Assembly (NCBI GenBank): GCA_050248855.1
Contig: JBFWRP010000017.1
Location: 26,025-90,024, forward strand
DNA length: 64,000 nt
Source of the DNA: Planctomycetota bacterium
Lineage (GTDB): Bacteria > Planctomycetota > PLA2 > JAEUHO01
Direction: 5' to 3'
A model generated the notes under the pieces. It searched no databases. It was given only the letters and a program-made list of their open reading frames with translations, and was not told where the DNA came from. Positions 29,363 through 39,600 of this stretch are shown here, piece by piece (positions within the stretch are counted from its first letter, which is position 1; the number at the start of each line of letters is the position of its first letter). The position numbers and the translations under genes were made by a program.

Positions 29363-31315
29363 CTACTCGATCCGGACTTTGCTCGTCCCGGGCACACGGA
29401 ACTTGGTGACCTTGGCTCCCATCTGGAGCTGGTACTCACCCGCTATGAGGCCATCCACGATGGCTCGGCCATCGGCGCCTGGCTGGACGACCACGATGGA
29501 GCGAGGCATGCGATCCGCTTCCGCACGGTGGAGGTGGGCTTGGGCGGTCACGCCTTCGATCTCCACGACGTAGAGGGTAGGCAGCTGGACGCTGACGCGC
29601 TGCGTACCCGGACGCACCGTGACCTTCTCTTCGGCGATCGGCATGGCTCCCCAAGGCCCTCGTCCCAGCGTCAGGTTCAATCGGAACGACCCGGGCTGGA
29701 CCCCCTGGACGACGGCACGCCCCTCCGCGTCGACGGGAATCGGGGCGGCAGGCATCAAGTGCGCTTGCTTGGCATCCGTATCCGGAAGCAGCTGCACGCC
29801 CAGCCGCCCCGCGTAGCGATCACCCTCCAAGCCCTCCAGGACGACGTCCAACGTCGCCGGCTCCTCGAATCGGATGTCGAACGTCGGGGCCTCACCGGCG
29901 CGGTACGACACGAGCTGGCGGCCGAGCTTCCCGTGCTCCACGGCGATGCCGCACGTGCCCTTGTCGCCGGACGTGCCGTCCGACGGGTGGAACACCCAGT
30001 ACTCGCCGTCGGGCCGTGCAACCACGTAGGCTCCCCCTCCGCTCATCGACCCCGAGTCGCTCTCGAACGACGTCGTGAACGAGACGCCAGCCAACGGACT
30101 GCCGTCGGGGCCGCGCACGCGCACCAGGGCGTACTCCTTGCGCTCGGTAGGAGGTAGCTGCAGCGTGACCTCGTTCTGCCCGGGCCTGACTTCGACGGTC
30201 TGGTGGATGAGCAGAGGGCCACTCCAGCCCCGGTACGCTCCGACCAGCCACGTCCCGGGCTCGAGGTCGTAGCTCCTGTTGACCAGCTCGCTGCCCTCGT
30301 GAGAGTGGAGGTGCGCCCTGTCGTTCACGGAACCGAGCAGGGCTGGATCCGGCCTCACCCCCGAAGGCACGCGGACTTGACGAAGACTCACCTGGGCCAG
30401 CGCTTCGCCCTCCGCGGGAACAACCGTCGTCTTCAGCACCGTACGCTCGACGAGGAGCAATCGGATCTCCGGCGAGGGGCGTCCCTGCTCCACGGTGACC
30501 TGCTCGGTCTGCGAGCGATACAGCTCGCCGTCGCCCGCCGTGGCCGACACGTCCCATGTGCCCACATCCGCGTCCACGTCGGGACGGTCCGGGCTCCAGG
30601 ATCGACCGGTCGAGCCGTTGCCACGATGGAACCGGATCTGTGCCCGCTCCGGTGCGGTCCCATCCGGCAGCACGACGCTGATGCGGACGCGTGTACGAGG
30701 CTTGGCCGTGAACTCGATGGTTGCCCCAGGTTCGACCTCGTGGATGTTTCGCGTCGTGGATCGAAGATACCAACCGTCCGCCTGCGCCGTCACGGCGTGC
30801 TTCCCCGTGGTCAGACCCTCGAGGCTGCACGCGCCTGCTGCATCGGTCACGGCCTCGACAAGCGCCTGCTTCCGCCATCGCAGGCGATTGGCCCCATCCA
30901 AGAGCATCTGCGCCGCAGACACGTCGTCCTGCCAGCCCTCCCGGCGCGGTTGGGCGAGGTCCTTGGGCATTTCGGGCACGCAGGTCACGCGCACACCCGG
31001 CACGGCGGTCCCGTCCTCCGTCTTCACGATCACGTCGATGCGTCCGTCACCGCGCGGAACGTCCAGCGGAGGCAGCTCGGCCAGCGCGCGCTCGAACACG
31101 GCAGCCTCGGCATCGCCAGCAGCCGTCGTGGCCAGCGTCGGCCCCGGGCGTCCGCGCAGTACGGCCTCCGGCTCCTCTACGCTGCCCACCGCAGGACGTG
31201 ACGGCGTCGTCAGGTCCGGCGCAGCGTGCTGGGCCCCCGAGGACCCGACGACATGCCCCGCACCGAACGCCGCGCCGAGCAGCACGATCAAGATCACCCA
31301 TCGTCCCGCGCTCAT
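29363..31315 (-). CDS. Membrane-anchored multi-beta-sandwich protein, paralog 2
   Basis: N-terminal TM; ALAELPPLDVPRG, VTDAAG, VRGPDGSPL, RPDGEYWVFH. Confidence 0.7.
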   Translation of the reverse strand: MSAGRWVILIVLLGAAFGAGHVVGSSGAQHAAPDLTTPSRPAVGSVEEPEAVLRGRPGPTLATTAAGDAEAAVFERALAELPPLDVPRGDGRIDVIVKTEDGTAVPGVRVTCVPEMPKDLAQPRREGWQDDVSAAQMLLDGANRLRWRKQALVEAVTDAAGACSLEGLTTGKHAVTAQADGWYLRSTTRNIHEVEPGATIEFTAKPRTRVRISVVLPDGTAPERAQIRFHRGNGSTGRSWSPDRPDVDADVGTWDVSATAGDGELYRSQTEQVTVEQGRPSPEIRLLLVERTVLKTTVVPAEGEALAQVSLRQVRVPSGVRPDPALLGSVNDRAHLHSHEGSELVNRSYDLEPGTWLVGAYRGWSGPLLIHQTVEVRPGQNEVTLQLPPTERKEYALVRVRGPDGSPLAGVSFTTSFESDSGSMSGGGAYVVARPDGEYWVFHPSDGTSGDKGTCGIAVEHGKLGRQLVSYRAGEAPTFDIRFEEPATLDVVLEGLEGDRYAGRLGVQLLPDTDAKQAHLMPAAPIPVDAEGRAVVQGVQPGSFRLNLTLGRGPWGAMPIAEEKVTVRPGTQRVSVQLPTLYVVEIEGVTAQAHLHRAEADRMPRSIVVVQPGADGRAIVDGLIAGEYQLQMGAKVTKFRVPGTSKVRIE

Positions 31316-31340
31316 CCCAGTCCTCCTCCGATGATCGAGC

Positions 31341-33293
31341 TCATTCCACGCGCACGAGGCTCGGGCCCGGCAGCGTGAAGGGCACGGTCTTGAGCCCGGT
31401 CCTGAGCTCGTAACGCCCAGCGGGCAGACCGGTGAGCTCGGCCCTGCGTCCCGTGATGGGCCCCACCGCGATCGAGTCGTACTCGTTGCCCTCGCCAGCG
31501 AACCGCTTCAGCGAAGCCCGCACGCCCAGTCCTACGAAGACCACGTCGTGCAGGGAGGGGAGGTCGAGCTGGATCGCCTGCCCGCCACTGCGTACGTCCA
31601 CCTCGCCCGCCTCGATCGCAAGGGTATCGTCCTCGCCGTACGAGATGAGCAGGCGCGCCGTATAGGTGCCCGGTTGGAGGTGGGTGATGCGCGCGGAGCC
31701 GTCACCCGCCACCGTGCGCCCCAAGCGCGCCTCGCGGCGGCGCGCATCGGGGCGTCCGAGCCACACACGTACGCGTTCGCCCAGGCCGTACCTCGCAACG
31801 CCCGGCACGCTCACGTCCACGATCCCAGGTTCGTCGAACCGGACCTCCTGATCGACCACCTCCCCCGGCGCGTAGGTCACGACACGCGATCCCAGGTCAC
31901 GATGCTCCACCGTGATCGAGAAGCGCCCGCCCTCCTGCGATCCGTCGACGTACTGATGGAACACCCAGTACTCCCCGTCCGGGCGCTCGATGTACGGCAC
32001 GCCGCTGGACGTTCCGCTCCACCCCTTCTTCTGGAAGCGGGTCTCGAACTCCAGCGGAGAGAGTGGCTGCCCGTCGGGGCCTTGGACGCGCAGCACGGCG
32101 TAGGTCGATCGCTCGGGCAAGGGGAGCTGGATCTCGATGTCGGTGAGCCCGGGCCCGATGTCCACGCCCTGCACGTGGGCGGGAGTCTTGGAGCTGCCCC
32201 TGTACACGCCAAGAACGTAGTGACCCGCTTGCAGGCCGCTCTCGGCGTACTTGAACGTGGCCCCCAGGCGCCCCGTGAGGATGCGTGGGCTACCAACCTG
32301 CTCGAGCACGCGCGCGTCGAGAGGACTGCCCGCCGAAATGCGGACCCACCTCGCGGTCAGCATGCCCACCCTCTCGGTGGGGTCCAAGCTCACCAGGAGT
32401 CGCAGCGTAGGGCGCTCGACGAGATCGACGCGCAGGGTCGTGCCCGTCGCACCACGCTCGATCGTGACGCTCTGGGACACGGAGCTCAGCTCGCTGGCCT
32501 CCCCCGCTCTCACCTCCAGTTCGTACGTATCGGGGTCGACTTCGACCAGAGGCGAGGCGGCCGTCCACCGCTTCAGCCGCACGCGCCGAGACTTCCTGAA
32601 GAGAACCGTCGCATGCTCAGGCACCGTGCCATCCGGCAGGCGCACGTCGAGCAGGATCCCGCTGCGGGGCTTGGCGGTGAGCTCGACCGGCGCACCGGGA
32701 CGGAAGGCGGAGGAGCCGCCGGGAGGCGGCTCGATGCTCCAGCCAAGCAGCTCGCCCGTGACGGTGTGCTCCACGTCGTGCATGCGCTCGAACCTGCAGC
32801 GCCCTTCCCCATTGGTTGTCGCAACGCAAAGCCCCTCGGTCCGCCACCTCACGGCGTTCAACAAGTACATGACCTGGACAGCGACCGGAGCCTGACTCTG
32901 CTGCTCCACCGAGGTGCCCTCGGGCCACTGCAACGACTTGGGAACGGCGGGCAAGACGCGGATCTCGACGCCCGGCAACGGCCCGCCCTCATCAGTTCGT
33001 ACGACCACGTCCAGCGTCTGGTCCCCGGGGGGAACGTCGAGCCGGGGCAGGGCGGCCAAAGCCTCGGAGAGCGCGGCGGGCACGAGCGCACTCTCGGCGG
33101 TCGCGGGCGCCAACGAAGGCCTCGATGCCCGCAGCTCCCCACCTGGGGGTGCCTGCGGCTCGACGTGGTCCGCCTCGGCGCCCACCGCTAGTTGGGCAGG
33201 CGTGGTGGGCGCACCGCCACTCCCCACCACGTATCCGCCGGCGAACGCGGCTCCCGCGACGGCAAGAAGGCCCACCAAGCACTTGGCGTCCAT
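31341..33293 (-). CDS. Membrane-anchored multi-beta-sandwich protein, paralog 3
   Basis: N-terminal TM; ALAALPRLDVPPG, TTNGEG, VQGPDGQPL, RPDGEYWVFH. Confidence 0.7.
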   Translation of the reverse strand: MDAKCLVGLLAVAGAAFAGGYVVGSGGAPTTPAQLAVGAEADHVEPQAPPGGELRASRPSLAPATAESALVPAALSEALAALPRLDVPPGDQTLDVVVRTDEGGPLPGVEIRVLPAVPKSLQWPEGTSVEQQSQAPVAVQVMYLLNAVRWRTEGLCVATTNGEGRCRFERMHDVEHTVTGELLGWSIEPPPGGSSAFRPGAPVELTAKPRSGILLDVRLPDGTVPEHATVLFRKSRRVRLKRWTAASPLVEVDPDTYELEVRAGEASELSSVSQSVTIERGATGTTLRVDLVERPTLRLLVSLDPTERVGMLTARWVRISAGSPLDARVLEQVGSPRILTGRLGATFKYAESGLQAGHYVLGVYRGSSKTPAHVQGVDIGPGLTDIEIQLPLPERSTYAVLRVQGPDGQPLSPLEFETRFQKKGWSGTSSGVPYIERPDGEYWVFHQYVDGSQEGGRFSITVEHRDLGSRVVTYAPGEVVDQEVRFDEPGIVDVSVPGVARYGLGERVRVWLGRPDARRREARLGRTVAGDGSARITHLQPGTYTARLLISYGEDDTLAIEAGEVDVRSGGQAIQLDLPSLHDVVFVGLGVRASLKRFAGEGNEYDSIAVGPITGRRAELTGLPAGRYELRTGLKTVPFTLPGPSLVRVE

Positions 33294-33358
33294 CGCTGAT
33301 CTCCCCGGGTCGGGCGGAGACGAGCGTAGCGGACGGGGCGGGATGGCGCTGCGGCCGC

Positions 33359-33401
33359 AAAACGAAGTGAACCCGAGGCACGTCGGGCGTGCCTCGGGTT
33401 C
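33359..33401 (-). terminator. Intrinsic terminator-like hairpin closing the candidate ncRNA
   Basis: Perfect 14-bp stem GAACCCGAGGCACG (33369-33382)/CGTGCCTCGGGTTC (33388-33401); minus strand continues ACTTCGTTTT. Confidence 0.7.
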
Positions 33402-34601
33402 GGAAGATCGTGACGGTGGAGTTGGCGATCGGTTCGCTCGGCCCTCCAGAGATGTCAGGGCGCCGGCCCGTGGACGCAGCGGCCTTCCGGCTACCGCGCC
33501 CGTCTCCCTTGGGGTTGACGTGCCCTTCGTGGTCTCCCGGTCGCGTGGCGTGGGTGCGTATGGGTTGGCACCCGCCCCGTTCGGCGTTTCTACGCCCCTC
33601 GGGACCTCACCGCGTGACCTGGCCTTCCGTCCCTCGCCACAGCGCGAAGCTGCAACGTCCTTCGGAAGGCGCCCACCGTGGGCTTCTGATCTCCCCTTCG
33701 GAGATTCGGCCGACCGGACCCCGCCCCACCGCGCCTGTCCCGAAGGACCGCTGTCCGGCGAAGCTGCCTCTCTTGGGCTTCTCGTTCCCTACGACACATC
33801 TCGGCCCGGGGGACCCGCGTATGGCTGGAGATCCCTCTCCAGCCGCGTGCCGCGTGCAGGGTTTGGTCACCCTCTTCGCGACGTCCACCCCCGTGCCTTC
33901 CGACACCTCCGCGCCCTTGCGAGCGCAGCACACCCTTGCGGGTGCCGCGTGTCGGAGCGTCCGTGGGATTCCCCCTTCAAGGCGTTTCCCCCGTCGTGGT
34001 CGGTACTCCTCTCGGAGCCCCTGCCCTCCTGGCGTCAGGCGCGCCGTTCGGCCACCCGATCACGGTGGCCGCGCGCGACCCCTTGCGGGGCCGCGGCAGG
34101 CGTCCTCGCCTCCAGGGCTTCGTTCCCACGACGGATCCGTTCGGTCACCGCGCCAGTAGGCGCGGGCCGCCGATGCCTTCTTGGGGTTCTCCCCTCCAGA
34201 GCTTGCTCCCCTCCGTGCGGGCGCCGGCTTTCGGTCGCGGGCGCCTCCCCTCTCGTCCTTGCGCGGGTTGACGTTTCGTCCCGCGTGGGCCTCAGGGTCT
34301 CGAGCGACGGAGGAGTCGGACGATCCGTCTCCGGACCGCCTGCTCTCCTGGGGTTCATGGCCTCGTGACGATCGTGCACTCCGAATGTCGTGTGGGGCCG
34401 GTGGGCTCGTCTCGTCGTACGCCAGGTCCTGGGCAAGCCCAGGGCCATCCGTCGACATACGTCACCGGCCGTCACGCGACGCGACAGGGCGTCCCGGGTG
34501 CTCTGCCCGGTGCCGATGTCTGTCGGCCCGCGATCGATGGCCTCATCCAGTCGTCATGATCGAAGTTTGAAAGAGCGCGACCCGCGAGCGGGTCGGACGG
34601 G
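33369..34601 (-). ncRNA. Candidate large (~1.2 kb) highly structured non-coding RNA, family unassigned
   Basis: No credible ORF in a 1.6 kb gap; nine hairpins with GNRA/UUCG/CUNG loops all reading correctly on the minus strand; long-range helices; recurring motifs; bounded by a sigma54 promoter and a terminator; ends approximate. Confidence 0.7.
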
Positions 34602-34610
34602 GTGGCTGGG

Positions 34611-34628
34611 AAGCAACGGGGGGTCCAA
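34611..34628 (-). promoter_or_regulatory. Sigma54 (-24/-12) promoter
   Basis: Minus strand TTGGACCCCCCGTTGCTT = TGG-N8-TTGC with exact GG-N10-GC spacing; predicted TSS near 34601. Confidence 0.65.
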
Positions 34629-34725
34629 TCCGGAAAGAAAAGGGGTTGGTGAGAACCGATGAAGCCGGCGTGAACGACCGCGGCCCATCTTCTGGCCTCG
34701 CGGGGCCCCAAGCCCCGGTCACACG

Positions 34726-34781
34726 GGATTCGTCCACAATCCGCGGATTCGTCCGATGGGCAGTCAACGCCCCAACTGCCC
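34726..34781. promoter_or_regulatory. Candidate upstream activator sequences (enhancer) for the sigma54 promoter
   Basis: Direct repeat GGATTCGTCC (34726-34735, 34745-34754) and palindrome GGGCAGT-N10-ACTGCCC (34758-34781), 100-155 bp upstream of the -24 element. Confidence 0.45.
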
Positions 34782-34934
34782 CGTGGAGAGCGGGGGGACA
34801 ACGGCCGCAAGTCCTTGCCCTGCAGGCGGTTCACGCATGGGAACGGCGGGGAGTGCCGATGGGGTGCCGCGTTCCCATGTCACCCGGGGCGGTTCTCCCC
34901 ACCACGTCCCCAGGGGCCCGCGAGTCGCTCGGCG

Positions 34935-36347
<1,413 letters not shown>

Positions 36348-36595
36348 TCGTCGCCCTCCTTGCCGCCCGCGTGCGCCCGAAACCGCGGGGGGAGGGAGGC
36401 TAAGCCTCCACGCTCCACCGTTCAAGGGGGGAGCGGGATGGCGCGCGGGTGAATCCCAATGACCTCGCTGGACGCACGACTCCGATGATCGACCGCAAGC
36501 GACCACGTGCGGCGGTCCGACGCCCGGGAGGCTGCGTCGGGGCGTGGCACCGTGAGGGGTGCAGGGGGGGTACGGAATAGCCCCCCTGCCACGAG

Positions 36596-36612
36596 TGCAA
36601 CCAACGGTTGCA
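36596..36612. promoter_or_regulatory. NtrC-box-like palindrome
   Basis: TGCAACC-AAC-GGTTGCA (TGCA-N9-TGCA) between the bEBP gene and tRNA-Pro. Confidence 0.4.
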
Positions 36613-36732
36613 TGAGTGCAGATTCCTCGGTCGAAGGCCGTCGACACGCGATGCGCGCCCGGGCATCCACGGATCTCCCGCGCCGGAACGTGCCCCCCGC
36701 GCCCCAATCGACTAGTCTCCCCTCCTCTGCGT

Positions 36733-36809
36733 CGGGGCGTGGCGCAGCTTGGTAGCGCGCTTGACTGGGGGTCAAGAGGTCGCTGGTTCGAATCCAGTCG
36801 CCCCGACCA
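36733..36809 (+). tRNA. tRNA-Pro (GGG)
   Basis: CGGGGCG acceptor stem, D-loop with TGGTA, anticodon stem CTTGA/TCAAG with loop CTGGGGG, GGTTCGAATCC T-arm, encoded CCA. Confidence 0.97.
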
Positions 36810-37203
36810 TCCTTCCCCTCCGATCGATGACAGCCGCCTCACCTGATGGGCTTCGGAGTCGGCCCGTGCCGTGATGCGCGCGACCTTGCGCGGGCCCCAT
36901 TCCGGCTCACATGCCTACGCTCGTGGCCGCGGGGGAGGATGGTTGATCGCGTTCGACTTGCCGCGTCGCGACCACGAGTCGCTGGGGCGGGAGGCGCTTC
37001 GGTAGCATGCTCCAATCGACCGTTGCGCGGCCCGATAGGAATTGCTCTGGCACCGTACTCCTGGTCTTCCAGAGGATCGCCCAGGCCCCGGGCCTGCCGC
37101 AAAGCAGTCGCAGAGGCGATGCAGCCAGCACCGCGGGCTCATGGCTTCAGATGTCGGGTAGGCGCGATGGTGTGTTGCGATCGTACGGTCGTGCTTGCCC
37201 CGG

Positions 37204-37278
37204 CTCGATCATTCATGAGATTTGCCCGCACTCGGTATCCTCGATCATTCATGAGATTTGCCCGCACTCGGTATCCTC
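37204..37278. repeat. Exact tandem duplication of a 36-bp unit
   Basis: CTCGATCATTCATGAGATTTGCCCGCACTCGGTATC twice (37204-37239, 37240-37275) plus CTC. Confidence 0.9.
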
Positions 37279-37309
37279 ACATCCAGCGTTGCCGACACGG
37301 GGGCAGTCC

Positions 37310-37885
37310 TCACGCTGCCGCAATCGCCGCGGCCATCGCCGTGCGGTGGTCCCTCCGCCAGGGGGAGCCGAGCTGCATGCCAGCCTCGAGGAGCAGGTCG
37401 TCGATGGTATCGCGGCCGAGCGCGTGTGCCGCCGCGTCGAACACGGTCTTGGCTTCGTACCAGGAAACCCTCCAGCCGCGTGCGGTGGCGGCGTCGGCGA
37501 GCGCGTGGCGGAACATGACGGTGTCGGCCATGCACTGGGCGCGGTAGTCGGCAAGACGCGCTGCGATGGTTTCGGGAAGTGGCGGACACGCGCGCAGGGC
37601 GATGGCTGCCAGGCGCGGGCCCACGTCTCGCGCGAGGGACTCGAGTGCTCGTGCAGCGCAGCGCTTGGCGGAGGCACGCACCTTCTCCACGAGGGCTACC
37701 GCTTCCCCTACGGGCAGCTTCTGCCCCTCGTGATGGTGCGGCAGCACGGGGAGGCCCGTGTCCACCAAGTCGACACGCCGGCGATCTAGCACCACGGCAT
37801 CGGGCCCCACGGTGACGAGGACGGCCCAGCCGGCGTGGTCGGCTACGCCGACAGCCGCCGACGCATGCCCGGGCTGTTGTCTCAT
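37310..37885 (-). CDS. Hypothetical protein
   Basis: Globular-looking ORF (VGVADHAGWAVLVTV...LDRRRVDLVD...GSPWRRDHR); no family assigned with confidence. Confidence 0.65.
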   Translation of the reverse strand: MRQQPGHASAAVGVADHAGWAVLVTVGPDAVVLDRRRVDLVDTGLPVLPHHHEGQKLPVGEAVALVEKVRASAKRCAARALESLARDVGPRLAAIALRACPPLPETIAARLADYRAQCMADTVMFRHALADAATARGWRVSWYEAKTVFDAAAHALGRDTIDDLLLEAGMQLGSPWRRDHRTAMAAAIAAA

Positions 37886-37972
37886 GATCGTGGTCCCCGG
37901 ACGTGGATCGTGTCATGTTCTACGATGGCCTGCCTATCGGACGAGGCGCTGACAAGGGAGCACACGAGCCAC

Positions 37973-38794
37973 ATGCGACTGGTGAGCCTCCCCTCGCTCG
38001 ACGACGTGGGCGAGCTGCGTACGGCACGGATCGCCAGCCTGACGGCGCTTCCCGAGCTCTTCCTGGAGCTCGAAGCCCGCAAAGGCGTGGTCCATGGCCT
38101 TCGGGCGGGGTCGTTGGCAGGCTATGTCGTGGCGCAGGGGCCCACCCTCGTGGAGATGTTCACCCTGGATCGCCGCGTCGAGGCCACCACCGAGCTCCTG
38201 CGGATGGCGATGGACCAGCTTGGACTGCAGCGGGCTTGGGCGACCACGTTCGATCCTGTTGTGCTGTCCGCGTGCGAGGGTGCCGTGGGGCCAGGGCGCA
38301 CGGTGGGACTGTCGTTTCGCACGCTCGGCGCGGGCGTCAAGCCGCCTCCCCCACCCCGACCCATCGCTCGAATCGCGCGAGACACCGATCTTGACGACGT
38401 GCTCGAAGCCAGCCACCCGGACATCTTCGGCAGCGCGGACGAGGCTCGCGCGTGGATCGGGAACGGCCATCTCTGGCTCTTCGAGCAGGAGGGCGCGATC
38501 TGCGCGCTGGGCCTGTGCACGCCCACCGGTTCCGGCACGCGTGCATGCGACGTCGGCGTGCGCGTCGTGCCCGCCTCCCAGCGCCGAGGGCTCGGCGCGT
38601 GGGTGATCCAGGAGATGGTCGGGCGAGCGCGTGCGCAGGGGCTGGTGCCGACGGCGGGATGCGCTGCGGACAACCTCGCGTCCAAGCGCACCCTGGAGCG
38701 CGCGGGCTTCACGGCCGACCACGAGCTGCGCGAGTACGACCTGCGGGGAGGCCTCTGCGCTACTCGGACTTGGTCGGCTCGTCCCGCGGTGTGA
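37973..38794 (+). CDS. GNAT-family acetyltransferase
   Basis: VGVRVVPASQRRGLG acetyl-CoA motif; NLASKRTLERAGF. Confidence 0.8.
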   Translation: MRLVSLPSLDDVGELRTARIASLTALPELFLELEARKGVVHGLRAGSLAGYVVAQGPTLVEMFTLDRRVEATTELLRMAMDQLGLQRAWATTFDPVVLSACEGAVGPGRTVGLSFRTLGAGVKPPPPPRPIARIARDTDLDDVLEASHPDIFGSADEARAWIGNGHLWLFEQEGAICALGLCTPTGSGTRACDVGVRVVPASQRRGLGAWVIQEMVGRARAQGLVPTAGCAADNLASKRTLERAGFTADHELREYDLRGGLCATRTWSARPAV

Positions 38795-39545
38795 TCACGG
38801 GGCCGGGGGCGGGCGTCGCCTCGGGCACGCGGCGCTCGCGGAGCTCCCAGGTCGGCAGCTCGAGGTCTTGCCAGCTGCTGCGCGTCAGGCGCTGCGGGTG
38901 GACGTCCCAGGGAACGCGGTAGGCCCACACGGTGATGGCCGGACCGGGCAACGGGACGAAGCGCGTGCGCTCGGCGCCGATGCCGTCCTTGCGGTAGTTG
39001 CGCGACTCCAGGATGTAGGGCTTGGAGGGCACGCCCCACTCGCCGCGGTCGTCGCGCACCTGGAGACGACCGACCGTCAGCGTGACCTGCACGACGATGG
39101 CGCCGGCGCTGAAGCCCTGGTCGAGCAGGCAGTAGTCCTTGTGGTTGTCGAGCCAGATCGTGCGACCCGACGGGCCCACGGCCCAGTACTCGAGCGTGGT
39201 CTTGGGCTTGGAGTCGGGCGCGGCGTTGCCGTCGGGCCACGTCCTGAGGTCGACGAACTGCTCGGTGACGTCGGCCATGATCCAGAGTGCTTCGCGCGCG
39301 TGCTCCTCGAGCAGCTCCTCGGGCAACCAGTAGTAGTGGTTGAGGTAGTACCAGAGGCGGCCGCCGGCGCCCGCGTAGAAGCTTCGCTGCGAGCCACGCG
39401 GGACGAAGCCGCCGGGGCCGTCCTTGTTGCCGGGGCTCACGCCGGGAACCACCACGTGGGGCGGCGTGACGGACTCCTCGGCCCGTGCGCCCACGACGAG
39501 GCCCAGCACGAGCGCGAGGACGGGGACCGTGCGGCGACCTCCCAT
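38760..39545 (-). CDS. Hypothetical exported protein
   Basis: Signal peptide ending ARA-EE; aromatic-rich body; coding-type codon use. Confidence 0.6.
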   Translation of the reverse strand: MGGRRTVPVLALVLGLVVGARAEESVTPPHVVVPGVSPGNKDGPGGFVPRGSQRSFYAGAGGRLWYYLNHYYWLPEELLEEHAREALWIMADVTEQFVDLRTWPDGNAAPDSKPKTTLEYWAVGPSGRTIWLDNHKDYCLLDQGFSAGAIVVQVTLTVGRLQVRDDRGEWGVPSKPYILESRNYRKDGIGAERTRFVPLPGPAITVWAYRVPWDVHPQRLTRSSWQDLELPTWELRERRVPEATPAPGPVITPRDEPTKSE

Positions 39546-39600
39546 GCCGGTGGAAACGCACGCGCTCGCCGGGCGCAGCGTCAATCCACGGGGCCGACGC

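Noticed and set aside
32914..34570. ORFs across the candidate RNA (32914-34368 +, 33389-34159 +, 34035-34475 -, 34060-34458 - and others)
   Set aside because: Ser/Pro/Arg-rich translations with no motifs, mutually overlapping in several frames, and lacking the codon pattern of real genes here; long open frames are expected at this GC content
33369..34601. Group II intron, rRNA, RNase P or tmRNA identity for the structured region
   Set aside because: No recognisable domain V or reverse transcriptase ORF, no interrupted host gene, no universal rRNA segments, no RNase P GAGGAAAGUCC motif and no tRNA-like ends seen; needs cmscan to be final
37204..37278. CRISPR array
   Set aside because: Only two 36-bp copies, directly adjacent with no spacer, and no cas genes in the window
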